A DNA stretch of 64,000 bases from Candidatus Latescibacterota bacterium (GTDB lineage: Bacteria; Latescibacterota; UBA2968; UBA8231). The notes under the pieces were generated by a model. It did not search any database. It saw nothing but the letters and a program-made list of their open reading frames with translations, and had not been told where the DNA came from. Both the position numbers and the translations under genes were made by a program. Positions within the stretch are counted from its first letter, which is position 1; every line of letters starts with the position of its first letter. Shown here in pieces: positions 48,432 to 57,692 of this stretch. The stretch spans positions 4,320,001 through 4,384,000 of the forward strand of contig OZ252098.1 of assembly GCA_965248355.1 (NCBI GenBank). Direction: 5' to 3'.

Positions 48432-50138
48432 ATGACCTCTCTCGACTGGGCTGTCGTCGGCGTCCTCAACGGCGGCATCGTTCTCTACAGCCTGATCGCC
48501 TTCCGCCACAAGGGCGAGAGCTTCGACTGGTACCTGGCCGCCAAGTCGATGCCCTGGTGGGTGATCGGCCTGTCCGCCTTCGGCACCGCCGTCGACAGCG
48601 GCGACTACGTCGGCATCGTCGGCGGGTCCTACACCCTCGGGATGTCGCAGCTGTCGCAGTGGTGGCTGGGCATCGCCGTGGGCTGGATGGTGCTGGGCTT
48701 CTTCGTCATCGTGCCCATGTACCGCTCCGGCGTGTTCACCAACGCCGAGTGGCTGGAGTACCGCTTCGGACCGGCGGCGCGGGTCATGGCGGTGCTGATC
48801 AACGTGCAGTCCCGCACCAACGTCCTGGGGAACATCTACTACTCCATGTTCCTCGTGCTCAACGTCGTCGCCGGCCTCGCCCCGGAGAGCTGCTGGATCG
48901 TGGTCGCCGGCGTGGCCGCCACCTCCGCCCTCTACCTGGTCCGCGGCGGCCTGCGCGCCGGCGTCCTCACCGACGCCCTGCAGAGCCTGACCATGATCGT
49001 CGCCTCCTTCGTCCTGTGGGGGTTCGTCTACTCCGCCATGGGGGGCTGGGACGGGGTCGCCCTGCGGCTGGAGACGGTGGAGAGCGGCCTCTCCGATCAG
49101 CTGCTGCACGTGGGCGGCTACGGTCCCGAAGGCGTGCCGTCGATCCTGGTGGTCTTCGGCTTCCTGGTCGTGCTCACCACGTACGTCCTCATCAACCAGT
49201 ACGAGGCCATCCGCTTCCTCGGAGCCCGCTCGGAGTGGGACTTCAAGATGGCCGTCGTCGTCGCCAGCCTGGCCACCGCCGTCTGCCTGTTCTTCAACGT
49301 CACCCTGGGGCCGATGGCCCGGGCGGAGTTTCCGGACCTGGCCGTCGTCGACGAGGCCTATCCGCGCATGATCGTCGAGTACCTGCCCGCCGGTCTCGTG
49401 GGCCTCGTCGTGGCCGGACTGGTGGCCGCCGCCTACTCGACCTTCGACTCCATCGGCATCGGCATCTCCTCCCTCTTCGTGCGCGACATCTACGCCCGCT
49501 TCCTGGTGCGCCGGGGCAGCGACGCCCACTACACGAAGGTGGGGCGCATCTCGGTGCCCTTCATCCTCGTCCTCGGCTTCGCCTACGTGCCCTTTCTCGA
49601 GGGGGGCATGCTCCTGTTCTACCTGCGTCTGGCCGGCGCCATCGCCGTGCCGCTGATGACGGTGATCCTCATGGGCGTGTTCACGAGGGTCCACCGGGAG
49701 ACGGGGATCGTCGGCCTGGGGGTCGGTCTGCTGTACGGCGCCTCGGCGATCCTCGGCGAGGCCCGCGGCTGGCCGCTGCCGGTCTGGTACACCGACCTGT
49801 GGTGGGCCTACCTGTGGAACCTGGTCCTGCCCGCGGCCGCCATGTGGGTCGTGTCGAAGGGGATCGATGCCCGCCGGGGCCGACTGTCGAGGGAGGAGCT
49901 GCGCGGGCTGATCTGGTCGCGGGACGACGATCCGGCCGAGCTGAGACGGTCGATGGCCGGGCGCCTCTCCCGGCTGGAGGGGACCTGGCTGCACCGGACC
50001 CTCACCCAGGCGCCGGTGCGGCCCCGGTACCCCTTCCCCGCCGGGCCCGGCGGCCCGGTGTGGTACCGGCGGCCCGGCCTTTGGGCGGGAGCCTATCTCG
50101 CCGTCGCCGCCTACCTGCTGTTCTTCGTCCTCTGGTAG
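48432..50138 (+). CDS. Sodium:solute symporter (SSS) family protein
   Basis: YLAAKSMPWW, EWLEYRFG, GGLRAGVLTD, LPAGLVGL, STFDS and many TM helices. Confidence 0.92.
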   Translation: MTSLDWAVVGVLNGGIVLYSLIAFRHKGESFDWYLAAKSMPWWVIGLSAFGTAVDSGDYVGIVGGSYTLGMSQLSQWWLGIAVGWMVLGFFVIVPMYRSGVFTNAEWLEYRFGPAARVMAVLINVQSRTNVLGNIYYSMFLVLNVVAGLAPESCWIVVAGVAATSALYLVRGGLRAGVLTDALQSLTMIVASFVLWGFVYSAMGGWDGVALRLETVESGLSDQLLHVGGYGPEGVPSILVVFGFLVVLTTYVLINQYEAIRFLGARSEWDFKMAVVVASLATAVCLFFNVTLGPMARAEFPDLAVVDEAYPRMIVEYLPAGLVGLVVAGLVAAAYSTFDSIGIGISSLFVRDIYARFLVRRGSDAHYTKVGRISVPFILVLGFAYVPFLEGGMLLFYLRLAGAIAVPLMTVILMGVFTRVHRETGIVGLGVGLLYGASAILGEARGWPLPVWYTDLWWAYLWNLVLPAAAMWVVSKGIDARRGRLSREELRGLIWSRDDDPAELRRSMAGRLSRLEGTWLHRTLTQAPVRPRYPFPAGPGGPVWYRRPGLWAGAYLAVAAYLLFFVLW

Positions 50139-50158
50139 GAAAGGGCTGCGGGGGGCCG

Positions 50159-53100
50159 TCACCCGAAGGAATGGGCGGCCATGCGGCCGTCGTCGAGCAC
50201 GCAGACCAGGTGCCGGCCGGCGGCCGCCAGCCGCCGGACTTCTCCGCCCGTCCACGACTCGCCCACCACCTCGCCGGCCGCGGTTACCCTCAGCAGGCGG
50301 CCTCCCTCGGCGGCGAGCACGAGGTCGTCCTCCAGGCGGGTCGACGCGCGGACCCACTCGCACGGATGCCAGTGGCGGCGCAGGGTCCCGTCCCGGTCCA
50401 GGCAGTAGAGATCGCCGAAGCCGTTGGCCGCCACCACGCCGCCCGGCAGGACTTCCAGGGCCGCCACCTCTCCGACGACGTTCAACTGCCACAGCTCCTC
50501 TCCGGCCCGCGGCTCGACGGCGAAGAGCCAGCCGTCCTCGGTGCCGTACACGATCTCGCGGACCCCGTCGCCGTTCAGGTCCGAGAGTCGCATCCGCGTC
50601 AGGTGGATCCCCCGACGGGGCGTGGTGGCGTTGCCCTCGGAACCGACTTGCTCGAGGGTGGACCAGCGGAAGGCGCCGTCGAAGTCGTGCACGGTCAGCG
50701 GCGTCGAGTAGGTGGTGCCCACGATCACCTCGGCGCGGCCGTCGCCGTCGGCATCGGCGGCCTCGAGGGCGGTGATGACGTGATAGCGCATCCAGCGGGC
50801 CCATTTGGGCGCGCCGTCGGGAGTGAAGACGTTGACGAACCAGCCCGCCGTGCCCCCGAGGAGGCTCACCTCGCCCCTGCCTTCCAGATCCGCAACGGCC
50901 AGGGCCGTCACCGGCGACACGGCGCCGTAGAGGTTCTTCATCGGCCGCCGCCAGCGCTCGCGGCCACTGCCGCCGTCGAGGACGATCAGCTCCGACGCGG
51001 CCGAGCCGACCAGAGCCTCCGGGACCCCGTCGTCGTCGATGTCCGCCCACAGCAGGGCCGAGGCCAGGGAATCCAGCTGCACGCGCCAAACCTCGGCGCC
51101 GCTTCCGGCATCCAGCTTCACCACGTCGCCGCTCTCCCCGCCGGCGAGCAGGTGGACGCTGTCACCCGTCCCGGCAGCGGCCACGGGACCGGCGGGGCCG
51201 ACCTCGAAGCGGCGCTCCCACAGCGGCGGATAGGTGGCGAACCGCCGGGCGGAAGCCGGCGCCGCGGGGGGAGAGGACGGAGTCAGGCCGGCCGGCCCCC
51301 GGGTCGAAGGTGCGGGGCCGGCGATCCTCCTCGTCTCCACCTCTGGCCGGCCGTCCTCGAAAGCCACCGTGGCCTGCTCGGCGCCGTCGCGGACGCGCAG
51401 CCCTCCGGCGTCCAGAGGCTCCACCTCGACCGGCCCGCAAGGCGTGAACACGTGGGCGAAGAGGATCGATTCCCCGGCCCCGAGCCGGCGGGCGATCTTC
51501 CGGTGCACCACGTGGAGAGGCCCGCGGTGATGGGCATAGCCACCCCAGGGGCCGCCGGGGTCCTCCACGATCTCCGCGGCGGAGTCGTCGGCGCAGAGGA
51601 GGAACAGCTCCGCGTCCCCCTGGCGAAGGCGCAGGCGGTCCTGGCCGCCGGACACGTCGCCAACCACGCGCCAGAGGCAGCGGCAGCGGTAGTCTCCCGG
51701 CTCCCGGCAGATCAGCTCGTCCACCACGGCGAGGTAGCGCCCCTTGCGCCAGACCAGGTTGCGCCGCCAGTCGAGGCCGTTGTACCCGGCCGCCTCGCTC
51801 TGCACGATCCCCCAGTCCTGCTCGTCGCGCTCCACGGTGAGGCGCGCCAGGGGCGGGATGACGACGCCGTCGCCGGGCGGATCCAGGACGCCGGCGCCGT
51901 CCCGCAACACGGTGACGCTGTTGTGGAACCGCGGCGCCGCCCGGATGTAGTCGCCGTCGGCGAGCCAGGCCCGGTTCCGCCAGGTCAGGCGCAGGATGGC
52001 GTTCGTGTCCTCGTGGCCGTGGCAGAAGGTGCCCACGCCTTCCAGCAGCACGTACTCGTCGTCGGGAGCGAAGCCCGGGCGGAGGCAGAGCTTGTCGAAC
52101 CAGCGTCCGCCGGGTGCCGGACCGTATCCATCGGGCACAGCGGCCTCCACCCAGCGCCGGGCGGCCTCGGGCAGGTCCAGCGCCGTGACGCCCAGCAGCT
52201 CCTCCGGCAGCTCGGGCTCGACCCCTTCGAGGGTGAAACCATCCTCGGCGGGCTCGACGCCGGCGTGCCAGCTCTCCAGCCCATGGTTCAGTCCGGGGCG
52301 TTTGCCCTCCCCGAGCCAGTTGAGCAGCCACAGATGGCGGGGATCCCGGGTGCGCCAGAGGGAGGCCAGCAGCGGCCACAGATGCTCGCGCCAGCCGCCG
52401 CTCTCGAAGGCGGAGAAACCGCTGCTGTCGCCGTACCCGACCTCGCTGCGCAGGTTGTCGGTGGTGACCGCCGCGAGCCGGCAGAGATCGTCCACGGGAC
52501 CCCCGTCCACGAATCGGTAGTCGCCGCGGGCCAGCAGATAGTCGTTGGTGTGGCGCGGCGTCAGCCAGACGTAGCCGACGCCGGCGTCGTCGTTGGGCTT
52601 GTACCCGGAGGCCTGGCCCTCGAAGATGCGCTCCACCCGCCGGGCCGCGGCGGCGAACTCGGTGATGCCGTACCGGCGGGAGAGGTAGTCGTGTCCGGCC
52701 GCCAGGTTGAGGCCGATGAAGGTCACGTGGTTCTGCCGCGGCAGGCCGTCCGGATTGACATCCTCCCTCAGGTAGAACAGGCCGGCCAGGTGCCGCAGCA
52801 ACTCGACGAGCATCTCCACCACCGCCTGCCGCTGGGCCGGCCCGTAGACCGGGTCGTCCTCCACCAACTCCCACAAGTGGATGAACTGGTCGAGGTGGAA
52901 GAAGTCGTGATACTCCTCGGGATGACGGAGGCGCTGCTCGCGCCAGGGCTGCAGGGAACCGGCGAAGATGGCCGCTACCAGTTGGCCCCAGGCCTCGTGG
53001 CCGCCCAGGTAGAGATTCCACAGGTAGGCTTTCAGCCGACCGCCACGGAAGGGGGAGGCCACCCAACCGCCCTGCCACAGGCTCAGATCGCGGCGTATCA

Positions 53101-53584
53101 GCTCGTCCAGCTGCGAAGGAGCCGGTGGCTCGGGGAGCGCCGGCAGGCGGTGCGCGTGCACGCGGCCGAGCACGCCGTGGCCGGCTTCGACGATGCGGAT
53201 CAGTTCCGCCACGGCGTCGTGCAGCCCGGCCTCGCTGCTGGCGCCTGCGACCACGGCGTTGCGGCCGTGGCCGAGGGGATCGCGGATCGAGCCCACGAGA
53301 TAGTGGTCGCCGCCCGGAAACAGAGTGTCGGCAAAGCAGCGCCGGGCGTTGTAGAGCCGGGTCACCGCGGCGTTGTTCGCCAGGTGCCCGCAGGCGATGA
53401 CGTGGTGGCCGAAAAAGAGGGCGGTGTCGAACCCGCTGCTGAGGAGGATCGGCGCGCCACAGGCGCCGGCCAGCCGCTGCGCCGCCGGCTCGTCCGCCCA
53501 GGCGTCGGGCACGACGACGACGGTGGGGTCGCTCAGGTCGGTGTCGGGGAAGGAGCGGTCGCGGGGCAGGGAGAGCTCGGGCAT
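50159..53584 (-). CDS. Large protein with alpha-helical and heparinase II/III-like domains and a C-terminal FG-GAP/PQQ-type beta-propeller
   Basis: QNH, YGDS, HGHEDTNAI and HNSV (heparinase II/III-like motifs); repeated DIDDDG/DADGDGRAEV/DLNGDGVREIV and WxxW repeats. Start ATG 53584 or TTG 53599. Confidence 0.7.
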   Translation of the reverse strand: MPELSLPRDRSFPDTDLSDPTVVVVPDAWADEPAAQRLAGACGAPILLSSGFDTALFFGHHVIACGHLANNAAVTRLYNARRCFADTLFPGGDHYLVGSIRDPLGHGRNAVVAGASSEAGLHDAVAELIRIVEAGHGVLGRVHAHRLPALPEPPAPSQLDELIRRDLSLWQGGWVASPFRGGRLKAYLWNLYLGGHEAWGQLVAAIFAGSLQPWREQRLRHPEEYHDFFHLDQFIHLWELVEDDPVYGPAQRQAVVEMLVELLRHLAGLFYLREDVNPDGLPRQNHVTFIGLNLAAGHDYLSRRYGITEFAAAARRVERIFEGQASGYKPNDDAGVGYVWLTPRHTNDYLLARGDYRFVDGGPVDDLCRLAAVTTDNLRSEVGYGDSSGFSAFESGGWREHLWPLLASLWRTRDPRHLWLLNWLGEGKRPGLNHGLESWHAGVEPAEDGFTLEGVEPELPEELLGVTALDLPEAARRWVEAAVPDGYGPAPGGRWFDKLCLRPGFAPDDEYVLLEGVGTFCHGHEDTNAILRLTWRNRAWLADGDYIRAAPRFHNSVTVLRDGAGVLDPPGDGVVIPPLARLTVERDEQDWGIVQSEAAGYNGLDWRRNLVWRKGRYLAVVDELICREPGDYRCRCLWRVVGDVSGGQDRLRLRQGDAELFLLCADDSAAEIVEDPGGPWGGYAHHRGPLHVVHRKIARRLGAGESILFAHVFTPCGPVEVEPLDAGGLRVRDGAEQATVAFEDGRPEVETRRIAGPAPSTRGPAGLTPSSPPAAPASARRFATYPPLWERRFEVGPAGPVAAAGTGDSVHLLAGGESGDVVKLDAGSGAEVWRVQLDSLASALLWADIDDDGVPEALVGSAASELIVLDGGSGRERWRRPMKNLYGAVSPVTALAVADLEGRGEVSLLGGTAGWFVNVFTPDGAPKWARWMRYHVITALEAADADGDGRAEVIVGTTYSTPLTVHDFDGAFRWSTLEQVGSEGNATTPRRGIHLTRMRLSDLNGDGVREIVYGTEDGWLFAVEPRAGEELWQLNVVGEVAALEVLPGGVVAANGFGDLYCLDRDGTLRRHWHPCEWVRASTRLEDDLVLAAEGGRLLRVTAAGEVVGESWTGGEVRRLAAAGRHLVCVLDDGRMAAHSFG

Positions 53585-53705
53585 GAGCGATTCCGTCAAC
53601 TCAGCGAGGCGGAACGACTTGGCGCCGCGCTCCGTGAGGCGGGTGGGGCGGCAGTCTACGGTGCGGGTCGCTCACTGGCAACCAAGCCTGACGCGGCAGA
53701 AAGCC

Positions 53706-53735
53706 TTGACTGTCGCGACCAGTCTACCCTATCAT
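53706..53735 (+). promoter_or_regulatory. Putative sigma70 promoter for the island operon
   Basis: TTGACT (53706-53711), N18, TATCAT (53730-53735). Confidence 0.55.
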
Positions 53736-53820
53736 GCGCACCTCTCGCACGTCGCTGCGGCGAATCCGGTCTGCAGCCCCATGGGGAGGCGTCACTTCAA
53801 TCCCCGACGGAGATCGAGAC

Positions 53821-54474
53821 ATGGCAGGAAGACAGTGTTTCATCTCGCTGCTTTGGATCCTGTGGTTGACGGTGCCCTCGAGAGCAGAGGACGAGCCCAC
53901 AGTCACGGTAGTGCCGGGGCACAACCTCGTTCCGGTCATTGCGACCGACCTGCGATTCCACAGAGACTCCCTGTCGGTGTCGATCGACGATGCCTTCCAG
54001 CCTGTTGGCGCCGTGTCAGTCGAGATCGTTCGCCTTCGAGGACCGGGGGCTTCCGTAGAGACCAAGCTCGTCGTCGACATTCCGAGTGACCCCTTCATCA
54101 CTTCCTTCGAGCTACCCTTGAGAGTCGTCAGTAGCCGCGGAAGCAGCTGGCCGGTCACCTTGCACGTAGAGATCGTGGACGGCGCGCCCAGATCGAGCGA
54201 ATTGCTCGGCGTCTATCCCAATCCCTTCAATCCGGAGACCGAGATCCGGTATTTCATCGGCGGGCAGGACCCAATTGAGGCCAGGCTGTCCATCTACAAC
54301 ATGGTCGGGCAGAGAGTGCGGACCCTGTTGGAGCAGAGCGGCACACCGGGGGTGCACTCCGTCGTCTGGGACGGGACGGACGACCACGGCGGGCGCCTGG
54401 GCGCAGGTGTCTATGAGTGCCAATTGGTGGCTGGGCCGCATGTGACCACGCGCCCGATGTTGCTGCTGAAGTAG
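53821..54474 (+). CDS. Small secreted protein with FlgD_ig/sorting domain
   Basis: Signal peptide (..VPSRA|EDE), beta-rich segment, YPNPFNPET...IYNMVGQRVRTL...WDG..GAGVY...MLLLK. Confidence 0.8.
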   Translation: MAGRQCFISLLWILWLTVPSRAEDEPTVTVVPGHNLVPVIATDLRFHRDSLSVSIDDAFQPVGAVSVEIVRLRGPGASVETKLVVDIPSDPFITSFELPLRVVSSRGSSWPVTLHVEIVDGAPRSSELLGVYPNPFNPETEIRYFIGGQDPIEARLSIYNMVGQRVRTLLEQSGTPGVHSVVWDGTDDHGGRLGAGVYECQLVAGPHVTTRPMLLLK

Positions 54475-54484
54475 AGATGCCAAG

Positions 54485-55111
54485 ATGGGTGGAGCCCTGC
54501 ACAGACTTGCTGGATGCAGCGTACCCTCGATTCTGCTGACGGTCAGCGTTGTCTGTGGACAAGACGTGACCGTGCAGACGTCAAGCGACGGCGTGGTGCT
54601 CATCGAGATACGTGACCCGGAGCCGTTGTCGGACGAGGACCGGCTTGCCCTTGTGGACGAGCTGTGGGATCAAGGGGAAGCAGAGCGGGCAAGGGGCCTG
54701 CTGTCTGAGCTTCGCGCAGAGGAGGGCGCCCAGATCAGGGGGCAGGTCCTGTACAGGACCGGGCTCTTCGAGCTACAGGCAGGGCGGCCGCATGGCGCCG
54801 AGAGCGCATGGCGAGAGGGTGCCGCCGCCGAGCAAGACGCGGAGGGGGCTGGCTGGTCAGCCTACGGCCTGGCCTGGTTTGAGGCGGGCCGGGGAAAGGC
54901 CCGGGAGGCCTTGGAGCTGTTGGACAGGATTGTGACGAGCGGTGTCAGCGATGTCGAGCTGTTGGCTTGGTCCTATTTTCAACTCGGCCGTGTGCATGAG
55001 CAGATGTTGCGAGATCCGACGAGTGCACAAGTCTACTTCGACAAGGTCATGCAGCTGTATCCGGAGTCGGTTCCCGGTCAGCGCGGCTGCTGGCAGAGAG
55101 TCGCCCCTTGA
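54485..55111 (+). CDS. Secreted tetratricopeptide-repeat protein
   Basis: Hydrophobic N-terminus; TPR-like helices VLYRTG, SAYGLAW, SYFQLG and YFDKVMQLYP. Confidence 0.7.
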   Translation: MGGALHRLAGCSVPSILLTVSVVCGQDVTVQTSSDGVVLIEIRDPEPLSDEDRLALVDELWDQGEAERARGLLSELRAEEGAQIRGQVLYRTGLFELQAGRPHGAESAWREGAAAEQDAEGAGWSAYGLAWFEAGRGKAREALELLDRIVTSGVSDVELLAWSYFQLGRVHEQMLRDPTSAQVYFDKVMQLYPESVPGQRGCWQRVAP

Positions 55112-56223
55112 CTGTTCTCTGCAGTACACTTGGGAGGCCGTCGATCAATCGTAGAGCAGTCCTGCTACTGGGTGTTGTCGCAACCGTGCTCTCCTGGCAG
55201 GCCGCCGTTGCCAATCCGCCCTACACGGTGTCAGTGGTGGAGATCAAGTTCAACCACAACACGGGCAGTGAGACGGCGGACGGCGTGACGATCAAGACGA
55301 GCGGGGGCAGCACGATCACCTCGCCGGAGTGGACATCCGGTGGCTCCAACAAGCCGGTGGTGTATACGAAGGGCAGTAGCAAGACGATCAAGGTCAAGTT
55401 CAGTTGTACCGAAGATGACGCGCAGGACGTGGCGATCTGGGCAACGAAGACGGGCGGTGACCGTCTTGGCAGTCTCGCAGAGCAGTCGGTTGACTTCACG
55501 GATGGTTACTCTGGACCCGTATCGTATACGATACCGTCGAGCAGCGTGCCCACGGCGGTGAAGAAGAAGGGCACGGTGGAGTGGACGTGGAAGTTCCGGT
55601 ATCCGATCAACCTGACGGCAGAGATCGGCACCACCGGTCCGCATACGATCTACACGACATACGGCGCACCGGTGTCTCCTGAACCGGATCCCCGAGTAAA
55701 CATCGTAGAGTATGCCACTGATTGGGCGGACGGGAAGAGCACGACAAGTACGATTGCGGTAGCGATGATCCAGGGTGTATCGCAGAACTACAAGTACGAC
55801 GGTATCAACTGCATGAGATTGGCTAGTGACTATGTGCGCCTAGTTGGGAGTACGGGAGTCAACAACTGGCTACATTGCTGGGCAGGTATTCCTGACTTGG
55901 ACAGGGAGGTCGGGGATATGTTCTGGCAGGAGACGAGAGTGGTAGATCCAATCGGGCCGGGGAGTGCCAAGAAGTTTGATTTCAGGTACCATGTCTGGGC
56001 CGAGGCCGGCAACAAACAGCGTGATCCGAGTTTCGGGCTATCTCGTGTCGGTTCATGGGGGGGGCACGAGGACTGGCTATTCACGCGGTACCAAAGGTGG
56101 GATGACTTGACATGGCTCGACAATCAGTCTGGACAGAGTTCGGGAGTGGAGGACTACCAGGCTGAGAAGTGCATATACAAGATGATCGCTAACCCCGCAG
56201 TCTGGTTCGGTCCAAATCTTTGA
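55108..56223 (+). CDS. Secreted protein with Ig-like N-terminus and transglutaminase-like C-terminal domain
   Basis: Signal peptide ending AVA; INCMRLA (Cys), FRYHVWAE (His) and RDPSFG (Asp). Confidence 0.65.
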   Translation: MTVLCSTLGRPSINRRAVLLLGVVATVLSWQAAVANPPYTVSVVEIKFNHNTGSETADGVTIKTSGGSTITSPEWTSGGSNKPVVYTKGSSKTIKVKFSCTEDDAQDVAIWATKTGGDRLGSLAEQSVDFTDGYSGPVSYTIPSSSVPTAVKKKGTVEWTWKFRYPINLTAEIGTTGPHTIYTTYGAPVSPEPDPRVNIVEYATDWADGKSTTSTIAVAMIQGVSQNYKYDGINCMRLASDYVRLVGSTGVNNWLHCWAGIPDLDREVGDMFWQETRVVDPIGPGSAKKFDFRYHVWAEAGNKQRDPSFGLSRVGSWGGHEDWLFTRYQRWDDLTWLDNQSGQSSGVEDYQAEKCIYKMIANPAVWFGPNL

Positions 56224-56242
56224 GAACTGAGGAGATGAGTTA

Positions 56243-57355
56243 TTGACAGATCTTGGTGTTAGATCGATCTTGCTGTTTGTTCCGTCCGTGTTGCTAGCTG
56301 ATGGTGCTGGCACAAGGTGGGACGTGGCCATGATCGAGCAGGCCGACACCTGGGGGCAACTAATACGGAACTATGGTAGTCGGACGCATCCGGATTACTG
56401 GCAAGAGCAGAGACCGATTCTGGAGCAGCTCGCAATGGAACCAGGATCCGAGTGGGCGGATGAGGCAATGATCTGCCTAGCATGCGGACTGGCAGACTTT
56501 GAAGGGGATCTGGATAGCGGCATTGAACTGCTGCGCAGCGGCATAGAGCGCTTCAACAACGAACAGACGGTGATAGAGTCCTGGAATTTCGGGAGGGGAT
56601 GTGAGTTCGATTATGTGTGGATGCTGCACGCAAGCCTGTTGGTTGCCTTTGATGGCGCGAAAATCGACACAAGCAAACCGCTGGACTGGAACGGCTTGGA
56701 GGATCAAGACCGTGAGATCCTGGCCTACCACGAGCATCTCGGGGCGTTTCCAATACTCGCGAGATTGAAGGCGCGACGGATCCTGGCACAGATGTATGCC
56801 CGAGCCGGTCAGACGGATGCGGCTGTTGCCGAGCTGGAGTCCATGATCGCGGAGAACGGACCAGCCGACATAGCCGCACTGGTGGCGAAAGACAAGGAAG
56901 CGGCTGCTGGGCCTCATGGCTACCTCATAAGGCACCTGCCAATCTTCGAATACTCGCCAATCTGGCGCGCCGAGTATGATCCTTACCTCGAACTGGCAAG
57001 GATGCACCAGAAGGCGGGGAGTACAGCGGCAGCGGCCGATGTGTTCAGCAGGCTGGTCTCCGCTATCAGTCCCGACGGTTGGTATTGGCATCAAAACAGG
57101 CGACTCGGAGATATGTACGCCGAATTGGAGAGGTGGCCACAGGCGTTGGCGCAGTACGAGATCGCTGTTGATGGGATTCTCTGGTCCATCCGGGACTGGT
57201 CGAGTCGACGCGAGGAGCTGGCTGTCCTGGGGGAAGTGTCACTGCCCGACGGGGCGGAGTCCTGGGAAGAGGTGGCGAGAGGGTCAGATGTCTATGGCAT
57301 AAGTCTCGAGAGGATGCAAGCCAGAGCCGCGGAGGCGCGATCCAAGGGCCCTTAG
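56243..57355 (+). CDS. TPR-like helical protein, probably exported
   Basis: GAGGAG SD 8 nt before TTG; hydrophobic N-terminus; LAQMY..GQ..AA, LARMH, LGDMYAE..W..AL..YE. Confidence 0.65.
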   Translation: MTDLGVRSILLFVPSVLLADGAGTRWDVAMIEQADTWGQLIRNYGSRTHPDYWQEQRPILEQLAMEPGSEWADEAMICLACGLADFEGDLDSGIELLRSGIERFNNEQTVIESWNFGRGCEFDYVWMLHASLLVAFDGAKIDTSKPLDWNGLEDQDREILAYHEHLGAFPILARLKARRILAQMYARAGQTDAAVAELESMIAENGPADIAALVAKDKEAAAGPHGYLIRHLPIFEYSPIWRAEYDPYLELARMHQKAGSTAAAADVFSRLVSAISPDGWYWHQNRRLGDMYAELERWPQALAQYEIAVDGILWSIRDWSSRREELAVLGEVSLPDGAESWEEVARGSDVYGISLERMQARAAEARSKGP

Positions 57356-57398
57356 CTACCTCCGTAGCCTTCGTGGAGGGGAAGGCTACGGAGGCGGC
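57355..57398. repeat. REP-like inverted repeat
   Basis: CCTCCGTAGCCTTC-N8-GAAGGCTACGGAGG, a 14-bp perfect stem extendable to 18 bp with one G-U pair and one mismatch. Confidence 0.8.
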
Positions 57399-57681
57399 AC
57401 CGCTGACCTTCCAGTTGAAGCAGAACCAACCCAATCCCTTCAACGGCACGACTTGGATCGACTACTACGTCCCTGCCGGGGGTGCGGTGCAGGTGGAGGT
57501 CTTCAACACGTTGGGCCAGCTGCAGGCACGGCTGGTGAATCAGCACCGCCAGGCGGGGTGGCACAGCGTCGCGTGGGCGGGGGAGAGCCATGGTGGACAC
57601 CCACTCGCCTCGGGCACCTATGTCTACGTCCTGACGGCTCCCGGTGTGCGCCTGGCCCGGCCGATGACGCTGGTGAAGTAG
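57373..57681 (+). pseudogene. Orphan FlgD_ig/sorting domain (gene fragment or mini-gene)
   Basis: FQLKQNQPNPFN...VFNTLGQ...VAWAG..LASGTYVY...MTLVK; no signal peptide; the ORF-track start lies in the hairpin loop. Confidence 0.65.
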
Positions 57682-57692
57682 CCCGAAGGAGT

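Larger units (their letters stand above)
53700..57692 (+). mobile_element. Lower-GC horizontally acquired cassette (no integrase or transposase)
   Basis: Hand-counted 60-nt lines: 58% GC (55201), 52% (55801), 40% (56221) versus 77% (601). Different codon usage; bounded by two copies of one gene. Confidence 0.7.

Noticed and set aside
48557..53869. 1770-aa plus-strand ORF, and similar giants at 35186-38662, 40000-43347 (5' part), 21100-24369 and 27115-30102
   Set aside because: Shadow or antisense frames of real genes; stops are rare in GC-rich DNA; they are Arg/Gly/Pro-rich with no motifs.
53700..57692. Prophage, IS or integron
   Set aside because: No integrase, transposase, phage genes, terminal repeats or attC-like array found.
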